NCBI GenBank assembly: GCA_951406725.2
Contig: OX597819.1
Span: forward strand, 63,674,001 to 63,738,000
Length of the DNA: 64,000 nt
Source of the DNA: Octopus vulgaris
Lineage: Eukaryota
Direction of reading: 5' to 3'
Position 1 is the first letter of the stretch, and the number at the start of each line of letters is the position of its first letter. Shown here piece by piece: positions 1-13,152 of the stretch. A program made the translations under genes and the position numbers. The notes beneath the pieces were generated by a model, which saw only the letters and a program-made list of their open reading frames with translations, was not told where the DNA came from and ran no database searches.

Positions 1-243
1 ACGTTTCTGCCAACTCGCCGCCTTTTTGCTGCCGTCGATATTCTTTTCTACTCTAGGCACAAGGCTCGAAATTTTGGGAGAGGAAGCCGTTGATTAGATA
101 GACTCGAATACGCAACTGGTACTTAATTTATCGACTCCGATATTATGAAATTCAAAGTCGACCTCGGTGGAATTTGAACACAGAACGTAAGGGCAGACGA
201 AATACCACTGAGCGTCTTAACAATTCTGCTAGTACGTCGCCTT
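1..243 (-). mobile_element. tRNA-derived SINE family A (tail type 1), plus the head of a second tandem copy at 1-23
   Basis: Minus strand reads aggcgacgtactagcagaa...gttctgtgttcaaattccaccgaggtcgac (B-box-like), then ...taagtaccagttgcg... and a tail ...gccttgtgcctagagtagaaaagaata. Homologous to copies at 44040-44703, 46090-46476 and 63495-63700. Confidence 0.75.
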
Positions 244-407
244 ATACGTTGTATAATATTAACAGTTTTCACATCTGCTTTTAGGTTTGTTGATTTTAAT
301 CAGGATGCTGCTGTATAAGAGCATTCCAACCGTGTCGTTTTCATAATTTTAAGCAATTCAAGAAATGTTGCTTTCGATATTTGTGAGAAAATAATCACAG
401 ACAAGAT

Positions 408-860
408 AAGGCATGGCTCTGTGGTTAAGAAGATCAAATAGCATCTACATGGTGCTCGGTTCAGTCTCGCTGTGCGCAGCATCTTGGTTAAGTGTCCTCT
501 CCGAACTAAATAATGCTGTGTAGGTGGATTTGATAGACAGAAACTGGAATTTGTATGTATGCACGTATGCATGTTCGCATGTATGTATGTATGTATGTAT
601 GTATGTATGTATGTATGTATGTATGTATGTATGTATGTATGTATGTATGTGTGTCTGTGTAAGTATGCAAGCATGCATATATGTCTGTATGTATGTATAC
701 AGGCATATTGTTTTATAAATTCTTTATTCTTTCACTTGTTTCAAGCATTTGACTGTAGCAATGCTGGAGTACCGCCTTTAGTCGAAGAAATTGACACCAG
801 GACGTACTCTTTGTAAGCCTGGTACTTATTCTATCGGCTGCTTTTGCTGAACCGTCAAGT
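408..860. mobile_element. Fragments of microsatellite-bearing SINE family C (head on +, tail piece on -) around a (TATG)n tract
   Basis: Head ggcatggctctgtggttaag...ggttcagtctcgctg...ggatttgatagacagaaactg resembles 42820-42985. Segment 720-860 is the reverse complement of the family tail (gactaaaggcggt..ctccagcat). Confidence 0.6.
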
Positions 861-976
861 TATATATATATAAAGAAAAAATTAAATAGAGGGATAAAAT
901 CGACAATCCAATAATTTATTTATGCTATAATATAACATAATATAGGATAACATAAACAATTATTAAAACATCAAAA

Positions 977-1053
977 GGCCAACAATTTGTTTTGACTTAT
1001 ATATATTTGTTGATATATAAACAATCCCCTTATATATAAGCCTCATCAGAGCC
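977..1053 (-). ncRNA. Type I hammerhead ribozyme-like motif with long stem II (G12>A decayed), likely a Penelope-like terminal repeat remnant
   Basis: Minus strand: GGCT-CTGATGA-GGCTTATATATA...TATATAAGTC-AAAAC-aaatt-GTT-GGCC. Stems I, II and III all pair; GAAA reads AAAA. Confidence 0.65.
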
Positions 1054-3140
1054 AGTGTTGGAAGATAGAAGAAATGCCATGTGAAAGGACGGCTGGATTG
1101 AAAAAACAAAATAATTCACATGCGTATGTATTATGAGCGTGTAAAGGGAACTGGTTGCTTCTTTACACTTTTGGGGTGCAACTTGGGTGCAACACAATTT
1201 CCTTTCTTTTTGTTTCTAGAAACTACCAGCCAGGAACGAAACGCAAGTTTAGAAATATATACAATTCTTTATTCTCTTATTCAACAATGAAACACGATGG
1301 CGTACTGGTATCCACCTAGTTCAACACAGCAAGGCTGAATTCTAACGTTTGTAAGCTTCTTACAACAATTCAGCATTAATAGAACAGGTTAAATCCTAAG
1401 CGTCTGGGACAGGAGAATATGCTGATCACTAGTATGAAAATACGTCCTTTCTCTTCTATCGCCGTGTCTCAAGTCCCCGACGCTATTAAGGAACGCTATA
1501 GAATTTATTCTTCAGTCTCTAGCGCATGTGCATGAGGGAACTTCCTTATGCCTTTCCAGAAGGTTCCAGAAGGTTCCAACCCAGCATACGCACACTGAAG
1601 AAGGACGTTCCGCACACGCACACTGAAGAATGACGTTGCGTGTGCGCACACTGGAATATGACGTCACTACAAGCGTGAGCGTTAACTATTCAATTACATA
1701 ATAATTAGAATGAAAAAAACAACAAAAAGTTTTAAAGTACAAAACAATTAAGTGTAATCTACATCTATCGAAATATATTTCTATATGTTTCAAACAATAT
1801 TAATACAATCTCGTTTATGTTTAGAGAACACTTCGCTATTATAACATACAGCAATAATATATATGTGTATATAATTAACTATCAGAGGTCTTGCTTTATT
1901 CAGAACTGTAATAAAACGTGTGAAAAAGATAAATGATAATTATATTATTAATATACAATAACACTTCCATTTCTTTAAATTTATTGGTATAAAAATAATA
2001 TATTGTGTAAAGTAACCAATAGGAATGTTGCATAATTATTGTTTATCGGAAGGATAATTCCGTAATAAATATGAATACAAACATCATATATATATATATA
2101 TAAGCAAAAATATTCAGAAGAGAATGCAGTATTTAGTATTTGCCAGTATACTGTTGAACCTGATATTTTTAGTTTTGGTGGTCCAAATGAGAGCTTCAAC
2201 ATTTATTTAAGCGGGTAGACATATTAATGTGCGATTTGATTAATGCAATTTCAATCATATATATATATATACACACATCCATATATACATATGTACAGAC
2301 AGACACATTTAGAGTTAGATATATAGATAGGTAGATAAATAGATACACGTATGATTGTTTGTCGTACCGTTTATCTACATGAGAACCGGTGTTGGTTTGT
2401 TTACGTCCCATAACATTAGTATTTTGGCGAAATTGACCAGTAGAATAGGTACCAGACTTGACATAGAGATAATGACTGGGGTTGATTTGTTCGAGCAACC
2501 AGTGAAGGCGGTCCTCCAGCATGGCCACATTTACATAACTGACACAAGTAAAGCATAAAGGATAAAATACAAAATAAACCTCTAACAATACGATACTTTA
2601 GAATCTAAGCATCATGTGAAATGAATTATATGGTTCCATACATAACATGAGTAGTTTTCAAGTTCTGGTATTTTGATAACATGAAATCTAAGAGGGGCTT
2701 GGCGAGGAAATCTACTTGAATAGTATTGTCTATTCATTGTGTACAATGAGCGAGATGATGTCAATGAAACTGAAAATAACATTATGACTGCCATCGTTCT
2801 GATGTAAACATTTCCCTTATGCAATCAAGCATTCTCGCAGTTGTATAATCAGATCCAACACAGATATTCGGGATTAATCTAGTAGTAATTTTATGTCGGT
2901 GAATGCTACTGAGAGATAGGGTAAGTTTGCGTTTGTTTGATTCATTCCACAGATATTAATGGTACAGAATCTTGTGATTTGTAGATCAAGGAACAGATCA
3001 AACGTTATCAGAAAGTTGAGAATTCTGGAGGTAGATACTGATAAATAACTACCACTTTATTACCGAATATAAATATTCATTCACATATGACTGCATACCT
3101 ATGCATCCATTAATAAATACACAGTCATAAATAAATATAT

Positions 3141-3266
3141 ATCGATCTACCTACCTACCTACCTACCTACCTACCTACCTACATACATACATACATACAT
3201 ACATACATACATACATACATACATACATACATACCTATCTATCTATTTATCTATCTATCTACCTGC

Positions 3267-3330
<64 letters not shown>
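3141..3330. repeat. Compound tetranucleotide microsatellite (ACCT)n(ACAT)n(ATCT)n
   Basis: Directly visible. Confidence 0.95.
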
Positions 3331-3399
3331 ACTGACAATGGACGGACGCTAGTCATATCGGCTCCACGTAAGTTGGCCACTTTTACATGGTTAAAAAAA

Positions 3400-3723
3400 A
3401 AAGACTCCGCCGGTTACGACGACGAGGGTCCCAGCTGATACGATCAACGGAACAGCTTGCTCGTGAAATTAACGTGCAAATGGCTGAGCATTCCACAGAC
3501 ACGTGTACCCTTAACGTAGTTCTCGGGGATAATCAGCGTGACACAGAGAGTGACAAGGCTGACCCTTTGAAATACAAGTACAACTCATTTTTGCCAGCTG
3601 AGTGGACTGGAGCAACGTGAAATAAAGTGTCTTGCTCAAGGACACAACGCGTCGCCGGGAATCGAACTCACAACCTTACGATCATGAGCCGAATGCCCTA
3701 ACCACTAAGCCACGCGCCCTCAC
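3400..3723 (-). mobile_element. tRNA-derived SINE family B with CORE-like segment
   Basis: Minus strand has A-box TGGCTTAGTGG, B-box GAGTTCGATTC and a CORE-like gtgtccttgagcaagacact. Its 3' ~170 nt are shared with 45765-45940. Confidence 0.8.
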
Positions 3724-3894
3724 TTACTTGGTTAAAACTCCTTGTTGTCAAATATTTTGTTTTAATCGTTGTGCAAGTTCATTCACTAAAAAACCTGAGA
3801 ATTATTCACGTAGAATTCCGCCCCTGTATGGGCGAAATTACCCAAAACTTTCAAAACTTTCGTTGGTTCCTTTTAGCCATTTTTCATTTTGAAA

Positions 3895-5856
3895 ATGGCA
3901 ACTAGAAACCACGTGGCTAGCCCGCCAGTCATGCAGAACGGTAGCGAAACACTTTTGCTACCACTAGCTGCTAAACCTCGCAGCTTGAACACCGCTGTCA
4001 CCACCACCACCAACAACAGCAAAACTAACGTCGCAACACCATTCACCATCGCCACGACCGAAGACATTAACTTATATTTCCCCCCACTCCCTACACCACT
4101 TGTCGATGATAAAAAGACGGAGAAAGGGATTTCAAAAATGAATACAGACGAAAACATGAATGCCAGCACCACCACCATCACCACCAACAACAACAACAAC
4201 GAAATTGGCACAAAGCCGCCTACCAAAGACAACACCGCCAACACCAACACCACTACTACGACTTCAAATGCTACATCTAAGCCTTCTGCTGCTAATACCG
4301 CCAACACCAACACCACTACCACGACTTCAACTGCCACAATTAACACTTCTACTGCCAAATTCAAAACGAATTTTGCGGACGCAACAAAACAAAAAAAGAA
4401 CAATTGTAAAATTCACCACACAAGAAATAAACTGCACAAAAGCACTCTTTACCAAAGAAGGAGACAAATTGCACCTTCACATTCCACAACACATCGTGGA
4501 AAACACACACAAAAAAACAATAATTTATAAAGTAATAAACAAGAAAACAAGAAGAACAGAAAATGCACCGCAGGAAAAATCGAAAAATGCCTTCGTCCTG
4601 TATGGGACTCCAAGGAATATATCAGTTGGGGAAATAAATTTGGTACAGTCCAAGTACGTTTCCTCAACGAAAGTTTAGCAAAACGTTTTTCCACATTGGA
4701 GCTGCATTCGGACGACTTGGTAATGATACCAGTCTATTTAAACAAAAGGGTCACAAAAGTCCAAATAAAAAATATACCGCTTGATGTCGAAACACAATGG
4801 TTAGTCTCTGCCATCTGCTTTGAAATGACAGAGACAATGTCAGAGACAAACATCCTTGAAATCGCTGTTCTAGGAGAGAAAGACTATGTGGGCAAATCAA
4901 TCGAATTCCTGCTTCAATTGGATGAAGCAACAAGAGAGAAGATACCCACCACTATAGAACTGCCAGGAAGCTACAAACTCTATGTAGTGGTAGAGGGCAG
5001 GCGACCACGCTGCTATTTGTGTGGAAGCGAAACACACCTGAAAAAGACGTGCCCAACCACAGCACACCAAGAGCAACAACAACAACCACTACCACAACCA
5101 AAGCACTCCGGAAAAAAGCTCTACTACCCACACCACCATCAACATAGAAGACGACAAGAGAAGCACACCAAGCTAATCCGTCATCAACCAAAAACCACTC
5201 AACACCTGAAAAAATACCAACACCACCAACAACAGCAAGAACCAAAGGAACAGAAAAACAACACACACAAACACTCAACACACACAAACACTCAACAACC
5301 AACAACAACGAAAACAACAACACAACCACTTACACAGACATACATAGAAGCCTGCAACATACCCCTACCCCCTACTGATTCCTCAGAAATTTCGTCGGAA
5401 GATGAAACCAGTGAGGAATGGCAAATAGCTACAAAAAGAAGGAAAATAAAGAGCAGAAACACAACCAAACCAAATGCAAACACGAACAAAGCAGGGGGAA
5501 ATACATCTCCCGAAGACATTTCAAAACCCAACATAAACAACAGCCACACCAACACCACAAAAATATATACAGCAAACATGCTCACAGCTATAGACACCAA
5601 AAACACAAATTTGATGGAATACATCCAATCAAAAACAAACATAACAGAAGATGACATAAAAACAAACAATCACCCATACACAACACCACCAGACCACATC
5701 AAAATATTACACATCTCCAAAAGTCTGCACCACACACTCAAAGGCATTTTCCCCAGTGCGGTTGGTAAATGCCAAAAATATCTCACAAAGAAACTGTACT
5801 GGGATCTCCTCGAGGACAAACCAACGGAGGAGAAAGCAAAAACGTTCGAGCAGTAA
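3895..5856 (+). pseudogene. LINE ORF1 (Gag-like, CCHC zinc knuckle), broken by about two frameshifts
   Basis: Three overlapping frames (3889-4530, 4160-4678, 4696-5856) join near the A-run at ~4390 and again at ~4645. Contains VEGRRPRCYLCGSETHLKKTC (CX2CX4HX4C) at ~4990-5052 and Thr/Asn/Gln low-complexity tracts. Confidence 0.8.
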
Positions 5857-5900
5857 GTAACCCTCTGTTCCTTTCACTTGTATTCTAATTCATTAGGATT

Positions 5901-8900
5901 ATGATCAAGATTGGTTGTGTAAATGCGCGTGGCTTGGGGTCCCCTTGGAAACAAGGGTACCTCTTAAATGACATAAAGTCACATAAGTTAGAAATTATAG
6001 CCATAAGTGAGACCAGACTCCACAATCCGCGGGCCCTAAAGACCATGTTTGGCGGACAGTTCAACATTTATTTTTCCCCCTGTCTGCCGAGAATGGGCGG
6101 TAGTGGGACCGCGGTACTTTTTCGCAAGAGTCTGGACCTCAAAGTAAGGACAATATTCGTAGACCCGGAGGGTAGACTGGTCGTCCTGGATGTCGACGGC
6201 AGCAATGGGTGCGCTTTTCGACTCGTATCAGTCTACGCACCGCCCTTAACAGGTCGGGCGGATTTCTTTCAACGTCTAGAAGTATTCTTGGGAACGTCTC
6301 GTCCTTTACTCTTAGTGGGGGATTGGAATGCTACCTTGGACACGCATGTAGACTACGTGGGTAGAGATAGGAATAGACGGGGATGCAAATGCCTCAGAGA
6401 CCTGCTCAGATGCTTTCAACTGTCTGACAGGTTCCGACTAGACCACCCGAATGCGCCAACGTGGACATGGAGCAACCGCATCGGGTCGTCGAGATCGTAT
6501 CTAGATAGGATACTGTGTAGGACAGTAGACAGAGATAGCATAGGATGTCCACAATTCCACATAGTCAGCTACACGGATCACAAACTTGTGACATGTACGC
6601 TAGACTTAGGTAAGACACTTAGGCAGGGTCCCGGATACTGGAAACTAAACGCGTCTTTCCCATCGAGACTGGTTTTCAGAGACCGGATTAGCACACTAGT
6701 AAAGAGGGCTTTGACGGGAGCCATCATCAACAACAAATGGTGGTTTGCCCTCAAGAGAGCAGTAAAAGCAGAAGCGATTAGGTACAGCAAAGCACTAGCC
6801 ATAGATAGAAATAGAGTTGAGGGTGAGCTAGTTAAGAAGCTAGAAGAGGCAATTAGAAGCGGCATCGCATCCGACGTTTTGGCGGCGAGGTTGGCCCTCG
6901 ACCAACACTTCAACGCCAAACACGAAGGATGTGCTGTCAGAGCTAGGATGCGTGCTCTAAGGAACGAAGGTGTTGGAGCCGCGAGAGAGGCTCGGGTGGC
7001 AGAGGCGCAACAGGGCAACAAAGCCACCATTCGGTCCCTGGTAGATGAACAGGGGCGCGAATTGCTCGAGCCAAGTAAAATGTGTGAGGCCTTTCAGCAG
7101 CATTTTGCCCGACTGTTCGGGACGAGTGGAGGGCAAGAACGTAGGGTGGACTTCAGTGCCTACCTACATAGCCTACCACGACTCTCGACAAGAAAGGCAG
7201 GGTGCTGCGAAGGTGCCATCACGGCGGCGGAAGTGCAGGAGGCGATGGCAGAATGCTCGAGGGACAAATCACCGGGTTTGGATGGTCTACCCTACGAGCT
7301 TTACAATTGTATGCCAGACTTGTTTGGAGATCTCTTGGCGGCGGTGTACTGCAACTGGCAGCAAAACGGGAGCATTCCTGGTTTTGTGAGCCGAGGAGCC
7401 GTAACACTGCTGAAGAAAGATCTAAACAAGGGAAATGTAATAGATAACTTTAGGCCCATCACTCTGCTTAATGCAGACTTGAAAATTTTGGCCAAGGTGC
7501 TAGCCAAGAGGTTGGCGCTTGTCATCGAGAAACTGGTCGACAGGGCGCAAACATGCACCGTGCCGGGCCGGATCATCCATGACAACCTCCACCTGATGCG
7601 CTACATCATAGACAGGGTAGTTAACGAACCTGGCATGGGTGGGGCGCTGATCAATTTGGATCAATCGAAAGCTTTCGATAGGGTAGACCATCGATACTTG
7701 GAGGCGGTCCTCAGAGCGGCAGGCTTCGGTCCCGTCTTCCGCGGCTGGATAGCCGCTTTGTACAGAGACATCCGTTCGGTAATTCGCGTGAATGGACATC
7801 TATCGAGACCCTTCGACATCGCACGTTCGGTCCGTCAGGGATGCCCCCTCTCGTCGCTTCTATACGTATTGACTCTCGAGCCATTATTGCGGAAGCTGGC
7901 AACTTTGAGGGGCATCCCGCGAGAACTGGGATGCAGGACGAGCGTGTCTGCATACGCGGACGACGTCACCGTCATAGTGTCTAGCCACGAGCACATCGAG
8001 CAGGTCGGCGAGACACTGAAAAACAACGAAGCGGTGACAGGAGCGAAAATCAACCGGGAAAAGTCAGTGGGCTTGCGACTAGGCACCTGGAGAAGCAAGC
8101 CCATGCCGTCCACCAGCGCCTCCGTCGTGGGACGCTGGACCGACAGCCCGGTTGAGTTGCTCGGGGTCTGGTTTGGTCCGGACCTCCAAGTGGAGAAGAA
8201 CTGGAACGAGATAACGAGTAGGGTGGTCACTCTCGCCCGGCAATGGGCCGAGAGGAAACTGTCCCTAAAAGGTCGGGCGGAGGTGGCGAACACGTACATC
8301 GCGTCCGTCATCTACTACCGCCTGACCGTCGTACCTTGTCCCGACCCTACCATCACCAAACTACAACGCATTCTCTTTCGCTTCTTGTGGAAAGGATGCG
8401 TCCCGATGGTCAGGCGATCCATTTGCTGTCAACACCCGCTAAAAGGAGGGCTGGGCATGCCGTGGTTGATGATGCGCAGACACACGCACTGAGACTGCGA
8501 CATCTCTGGCTCTATGTAGACGACGGTGAACAGGTGTGGTCGCCGTTTGTGAGGCACGCTTTCCCGCAGCTCGTCTCCATGACCGAACTGCAGTCGTGGA
8601 TCAAAAAGAGGCCGAGGAAGGGCGATTGGCACCGCGAGTGTCGCGTTGCTCTCAAGCAACTCTGCCGTCCCGGGTCGACCTTGAGTGACTTCAACACAAC
8701 CAAAGCATTCTATAGGGGATTAGTGGAGGGGAGGTACGACGACGAGCTCGGGGCGAACCTGGACGTCGACGAGGAGTACCTGACCCGCCTGTTCAGGACG
8801 ACTTTCGGGCCAGGGCCCATGGACAACTTCCAGAGATCCCTGGCCTGGCAGTGCTACCGAGAAGCGCTACCCGTTCGGGATAAGCTCTACAGACACGGCT

Positions 8901-9340
8901 CGAGAAACACGGGGCCGACCTGCCCGAGATGCGGTCAGAGCGACGAAACCGTTCTGCACGCACTCGTGCAGTGTCCAACAATTTCCGACCTGTGGGCTTA
9001 TGTCGAACAACTGCTGTCACGTGTGGGACGAGTCAGTTTATCAGCTGAGTCTATCGTCAATATTGTCACGCCTCCTTCCTTCAAACGGGAAGGAAGAGCT
9101 ATTTTCATCATCCTTGTGGCTATGGCGAAAGAATGTATCAGGTGGACGCGTCTGAAAGGATTGGAGACAAACACTTTCCTCTCTGGTCAATCTCTCATCA
9201 ACTTCTTCAAGTACCACTTGAAAAGGAAAGTGAGAGTAGAGAGGCAAGTTTTGTCTAGCGAATGTTTTAAAAAAAGATGGGTGAATGTAGCAAGGATGGC
9301 ACGTATGAATGACGAAGCCACCTTGAGCATAATCCTATGA
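5901..9340 (+). pseudogene. LINE ORF2: APE endonuclease, reverse transcriptase and C-terminal CCHC finger; one frameshift near 8480
   Basis: APE motifs NARG, ISET, GDWN, YLDRI, TDHK. RT motifs SPGLDGL, FRPITLLN, DQSKAFDRV, RQGCPLS, AYADD. CPRCGQSDETVLHALVQC lies in frame 8243-9340. The frames switch at the cacacacgca run. Confidence 0.93.
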
Positions 9341-9796
9341 ACCCAGAAATTGAAAACAGAGGGTTACCCACTTGCAAACAAATGTGGTAACATATAACAA
9401 TATTGACCAAGGTTACCGTGGTCTTTTTCGTAGGCTTTTCTTCCCACGGATAAACCTTACTTGTTTTCCCCTTTACACCATATATCATAACACTGTGATA
9501 CACGATCCCTATTGATCGTTCTTTTTTTCCCTCTACCCCTTTTTTTCCACTTTTTTCTTCTTTTTTCATTTCTCTTTCCTTTGTTCCTTTTCCTTTTCTT
9601 TTTTTTTTCTTTTTATTCTTTTTATTTTATTCATTTTTTTTTGTTCTTTTCTTCCCTTTTACGATCCCTCTTGATCGAAAACCTACGCCACCCCCTTTTT
9701 TTTCTTTTGTTTTTTGTTCTCTTCATCCCCCAAAAGAAAAGCTCTACCTTGTAACTTGTCCCATCTGTGTGCAGCCCTGTGTGGCCAATACAGAAA

Positions 9797-10062
<266 letters not shown>

Positions 10063-10404
10063 CGTGATTGTGGATGTGTGTACGTAAGTGTTTGTATATA
10101 CACAAACACATATCTGTGCATATATACAGACATATGTACGATCTTAGGGGAATTTAAGCCGAAGTAGACGGGAAAATAGATACACAAATACGGGAAAGGG
10201 GTTAGGTGTGAACATATATATAGACACCTGAGAAATGAAGGTCATGTTTGCACGCATGCATGTATGCGAGGAATTGAAAAATACACAAACTCTCATTCAT
10301 CGTTCCACGTATTGATATTCCAACGCAAACTATATTATTGAAATATAAGAAATAGTTTGGATATTAAGTGAATTTCAGTGCTAATTAATTAAATTGTGAA
10401 AGAA

Positions 10405-10903
10405 ACATTGCTGGAGCACCGCCTTAAAGTGTTTTTTTATTCACAGTAATCGACTGCAGGTCTTTTGTTTTGTAAACCTAGTATTTGTTTTATCGACCTC
10501 CTGTGTAGAACCGGTACTTTACGTCGGTTGTCAAGCAATAATGGTGGTAGTGGTGGTGGAGGTGGATGTGGGACAAACACAGACACAAAAACACATAAAT
10601 ATAAATATGCACACACACACATTCACTCACTCACACACACACACACACACACACAAAAACACAAAGACACAGTCACAGACACAGAGACACAAACACGCAC
10701 ACAAACACGCACCCCCACACACATATATATATATATATACATACCCGACGTGCTTCTCTCAGTTTCCGCCTACCAAATCCACTGACATGGCTTTGGTGGG
10801 CCCTAGGCTATAGTAGAAACACTTGCTCAAGATGCCATGGATTACGACTGAACACCGAACAATCTGTTTGGGAAGCAAGCCTCTTATCACACGGTTACGC
10901 CTG
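10405..10903 (-). mobile_element. SINE family C copy with internal (CA)/(TA) tract
   Basis: Reverse complement of the 42820-43200 type: cttctctcagtttccgcctaccaaatccact...ctatagtagaaacacttg. Confidence 0.65.
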
Positions 10904-11234
10904 AGTGGATGCCTGTAATATATATTACAGGATTCCGTTTATCCAAACTCTCGCTTATTCAAGTTTCGTGTTTTCCAGAAAAACATGACAGATGTGAACT
11001 CCTTAGCCAGAGAGGCATGACCATACTCCACAAATATATGTACCGATGGAAGATGTTTTACATTCATCCATCCGACCAAACATCCATAAATACATACGCA
11101 CGTAAATAAGGAATTTTGCTTAGGAATATATGTATATATTGAATATAAAATAATGTATAAATAAATATAAATACACACACACACAAACATACACACACAC
11201 ACACATACACACACACACGCACATATATATATAT

Positions 11235-11410
11235 TCATTATTTTCTCTCATTATTTTCTCTCCTTGTTTCTTTCTGTCTACCCTTCTGTGGAACAGCGCA
11301 GGCTCGAAATGTTAAAGACTTTTTCACTTCCCGAGAATTATACTAATAAATCTGTTTGTTGTCTACACCACCTGTCTTCGTCTTTTGTGTTTTTTGTGAA
11401 TTCTCCTATA
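11235..11410 (+). mobile_element. Short TA-flanked Penelope-like terminal repeat element with a degenerate hammerhead
   Basis: cttctgtggaacagcgcaggctcgaaatgttaaag followed by ...ccacctgtcttcgtctttt. Same family as 16470-16730(-), 27135-27345 and 56825-56985. Confidence 0.65.
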
Positions 11411-11884
11411 TATATATATATGTGTCTGTGTGTGTTCGCCACGCACCCAAACTCTACGCATACATACACGAACACACACATACACACGCACACACACATA
11501 CACGACACATATACATACACACACACACATACTTCAATGACTTACCTGTGGCAGGGACAAAAACACCACTCCTTATTCTTACAAACTAGCCAGCTACTAG
11601 CCTGTTGTTTACAGCTACAAGCACACACACATGCACACACACACGCACACACACACGGGTCATCATTGCACACATACACACACACACGCACACGCAGACC
11701 TCCGCGCACGCACACATCCACACTTACACACACATCCCCCCCTACCTTCCGCTGTCTTTGACCATACTACTTTTCTGTCTTTGAAAACTTTTCTGTCTTT
11801 GAAAACATCTTTCTTCACCCTTTCTCGTTCCGGTCTTTCAAAATGTGACCTCATTTCTTCCATTCTCTGGATCTTTCCTTCTCC

Positions 11885-11925
11885 TATGTTTTCGACGAAG
11901 AGCTCCGCTTGAAACGTTAAACCCT
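11885..11925 (+). ncRNA. Degenerate minimal hammerhead motif (extra-A variant)
   Basis: gttt-tcGACGAA-GAGC-tcc-GCTT-GAAAC-GTT-aaac, with palindromic AACGTT as stem III. Confidence 0.5.
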
Positions 11926-12039
11926 CCTTCTTCCCTTCTTTCCTGAGCGTCCAATAATACTATATTTGTTCCACGTCCTCGCGTTGTTGGTTTTTTTTTT
12001 TGTGTTTTCTTGTTTGGATTAACTTTATATATATATATA

Positions 12040-13152
12040 TGAAAAAACAAGTCAAAATAGAAAATGCTAAAATAATTTTATAAAGAACATTTCAGTACCG
12101 GTTTCAGTCATTTTGAGACCTTTTCAACTGTAACGATTAAATAATTAAATTTAGGAAAATTAGAAGAAAAGTTTTTTTAAAGGAATATTTGTATAGTGTT
12201 CAAATATAAGTGGCATTCTGCCTTTCTCTGACTCCCTTGTTTGCACTTGTGTGTTCGAGGTCGTTGTGAATTCTTGGTAGGGTAGAAGAAGAAGAAGGCT
12301 GATGAGGAGAGAGGGTGGAAAAATTTGGGAGTGCCTTGATTGTTGTATTTTGAATGGTCAGTGACGGCTAGCAGTTGCAGTTCAATTCAGGAGAATATTT
12401 CTATTGAGAGGTTTGTTTATGGAATTTGCGTAGGTGTTTTACTAAAAAGCATTAGTGATAAAGTTAAGAGGTAGCAGGTGGAGCAGAAGAAGAAGAAGAA
12501 GGAGAAGAAGAAGAAGAAGAAGAAGAAGAAGAAGAAGAAGATGACGATTTTGATGATGATGATGATGATGAAGAAGAAGAAGAAGAAGTAGAAGAAGAAG
12601 ATGATGATGATGATGGTGGTGATGATGATGACGACGATGATGATGATAATGATGATGATGAAGAAGAAGAGGAAGAAGAAGAAAACAGAGAAGGGAGAAT
12701 ATGAATGGGTGAAAGTAGTGAGGTGTTGTATGACTTGGAGTTGGCATGTTATGGATTATAGCTGTGATTGGGGCTGATTAGTAATGGATTCTTTGGAATG
12801 TAATATTTGTGTGTGTATTTCTTTTATTCTAAAGTTGAGGTATATTAATCGTTTGTCGTAGACCCGTTAAGAAGTGGCCTGTATTTTGTAATAAAGAGAG
12901 TTTCTTTACTTATTCGTTGTCTCGAGGTTGTATCGTCCCTAAATTGGTAGAGGGGGAAGATCCTGAAGCCTAGTGTTTTGTTGTTGGCGCAAGTATCTAT
13001 GTGTTGGCTGAAATCTATTTTTCTATTTTGGGGAATTTTTATCTGGGATCTGTGCAGGGCCATTCTTTTACGCAAACTATTTTTTGTTTGGCCTATGTAC
13101 TGCTCTTGACACCCGGAGCAGGTTAGCGAGTATATTAGGTTCTCCGAAGCAC
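12040..13152 (-). mobile_element. 5'-truncated Penelope-like element: GIY-YIG endonuclease end, 3' region with trinucleotide expansions, and a hammerhead motif
   Basis: Peptide CASENLIYSLTCSGCQEQYIGQTKNSLRKRMALH...KETLFITKYRPLLN (13152-12845). Hammerhead-like motif at 12093-12130. Confidence 0.88.

Noticed and set aside
3640-3723. Functional tRNA gene
   Set aside because: It continues into a CORE-like body and shared tail, so it is a SINE head.
6578-9247. Antisense and alternate-frame ORFs over LINE ORF2
   Set aside because: Shadow ORFs of GC-rich coding sequence with no recognisable motifs.
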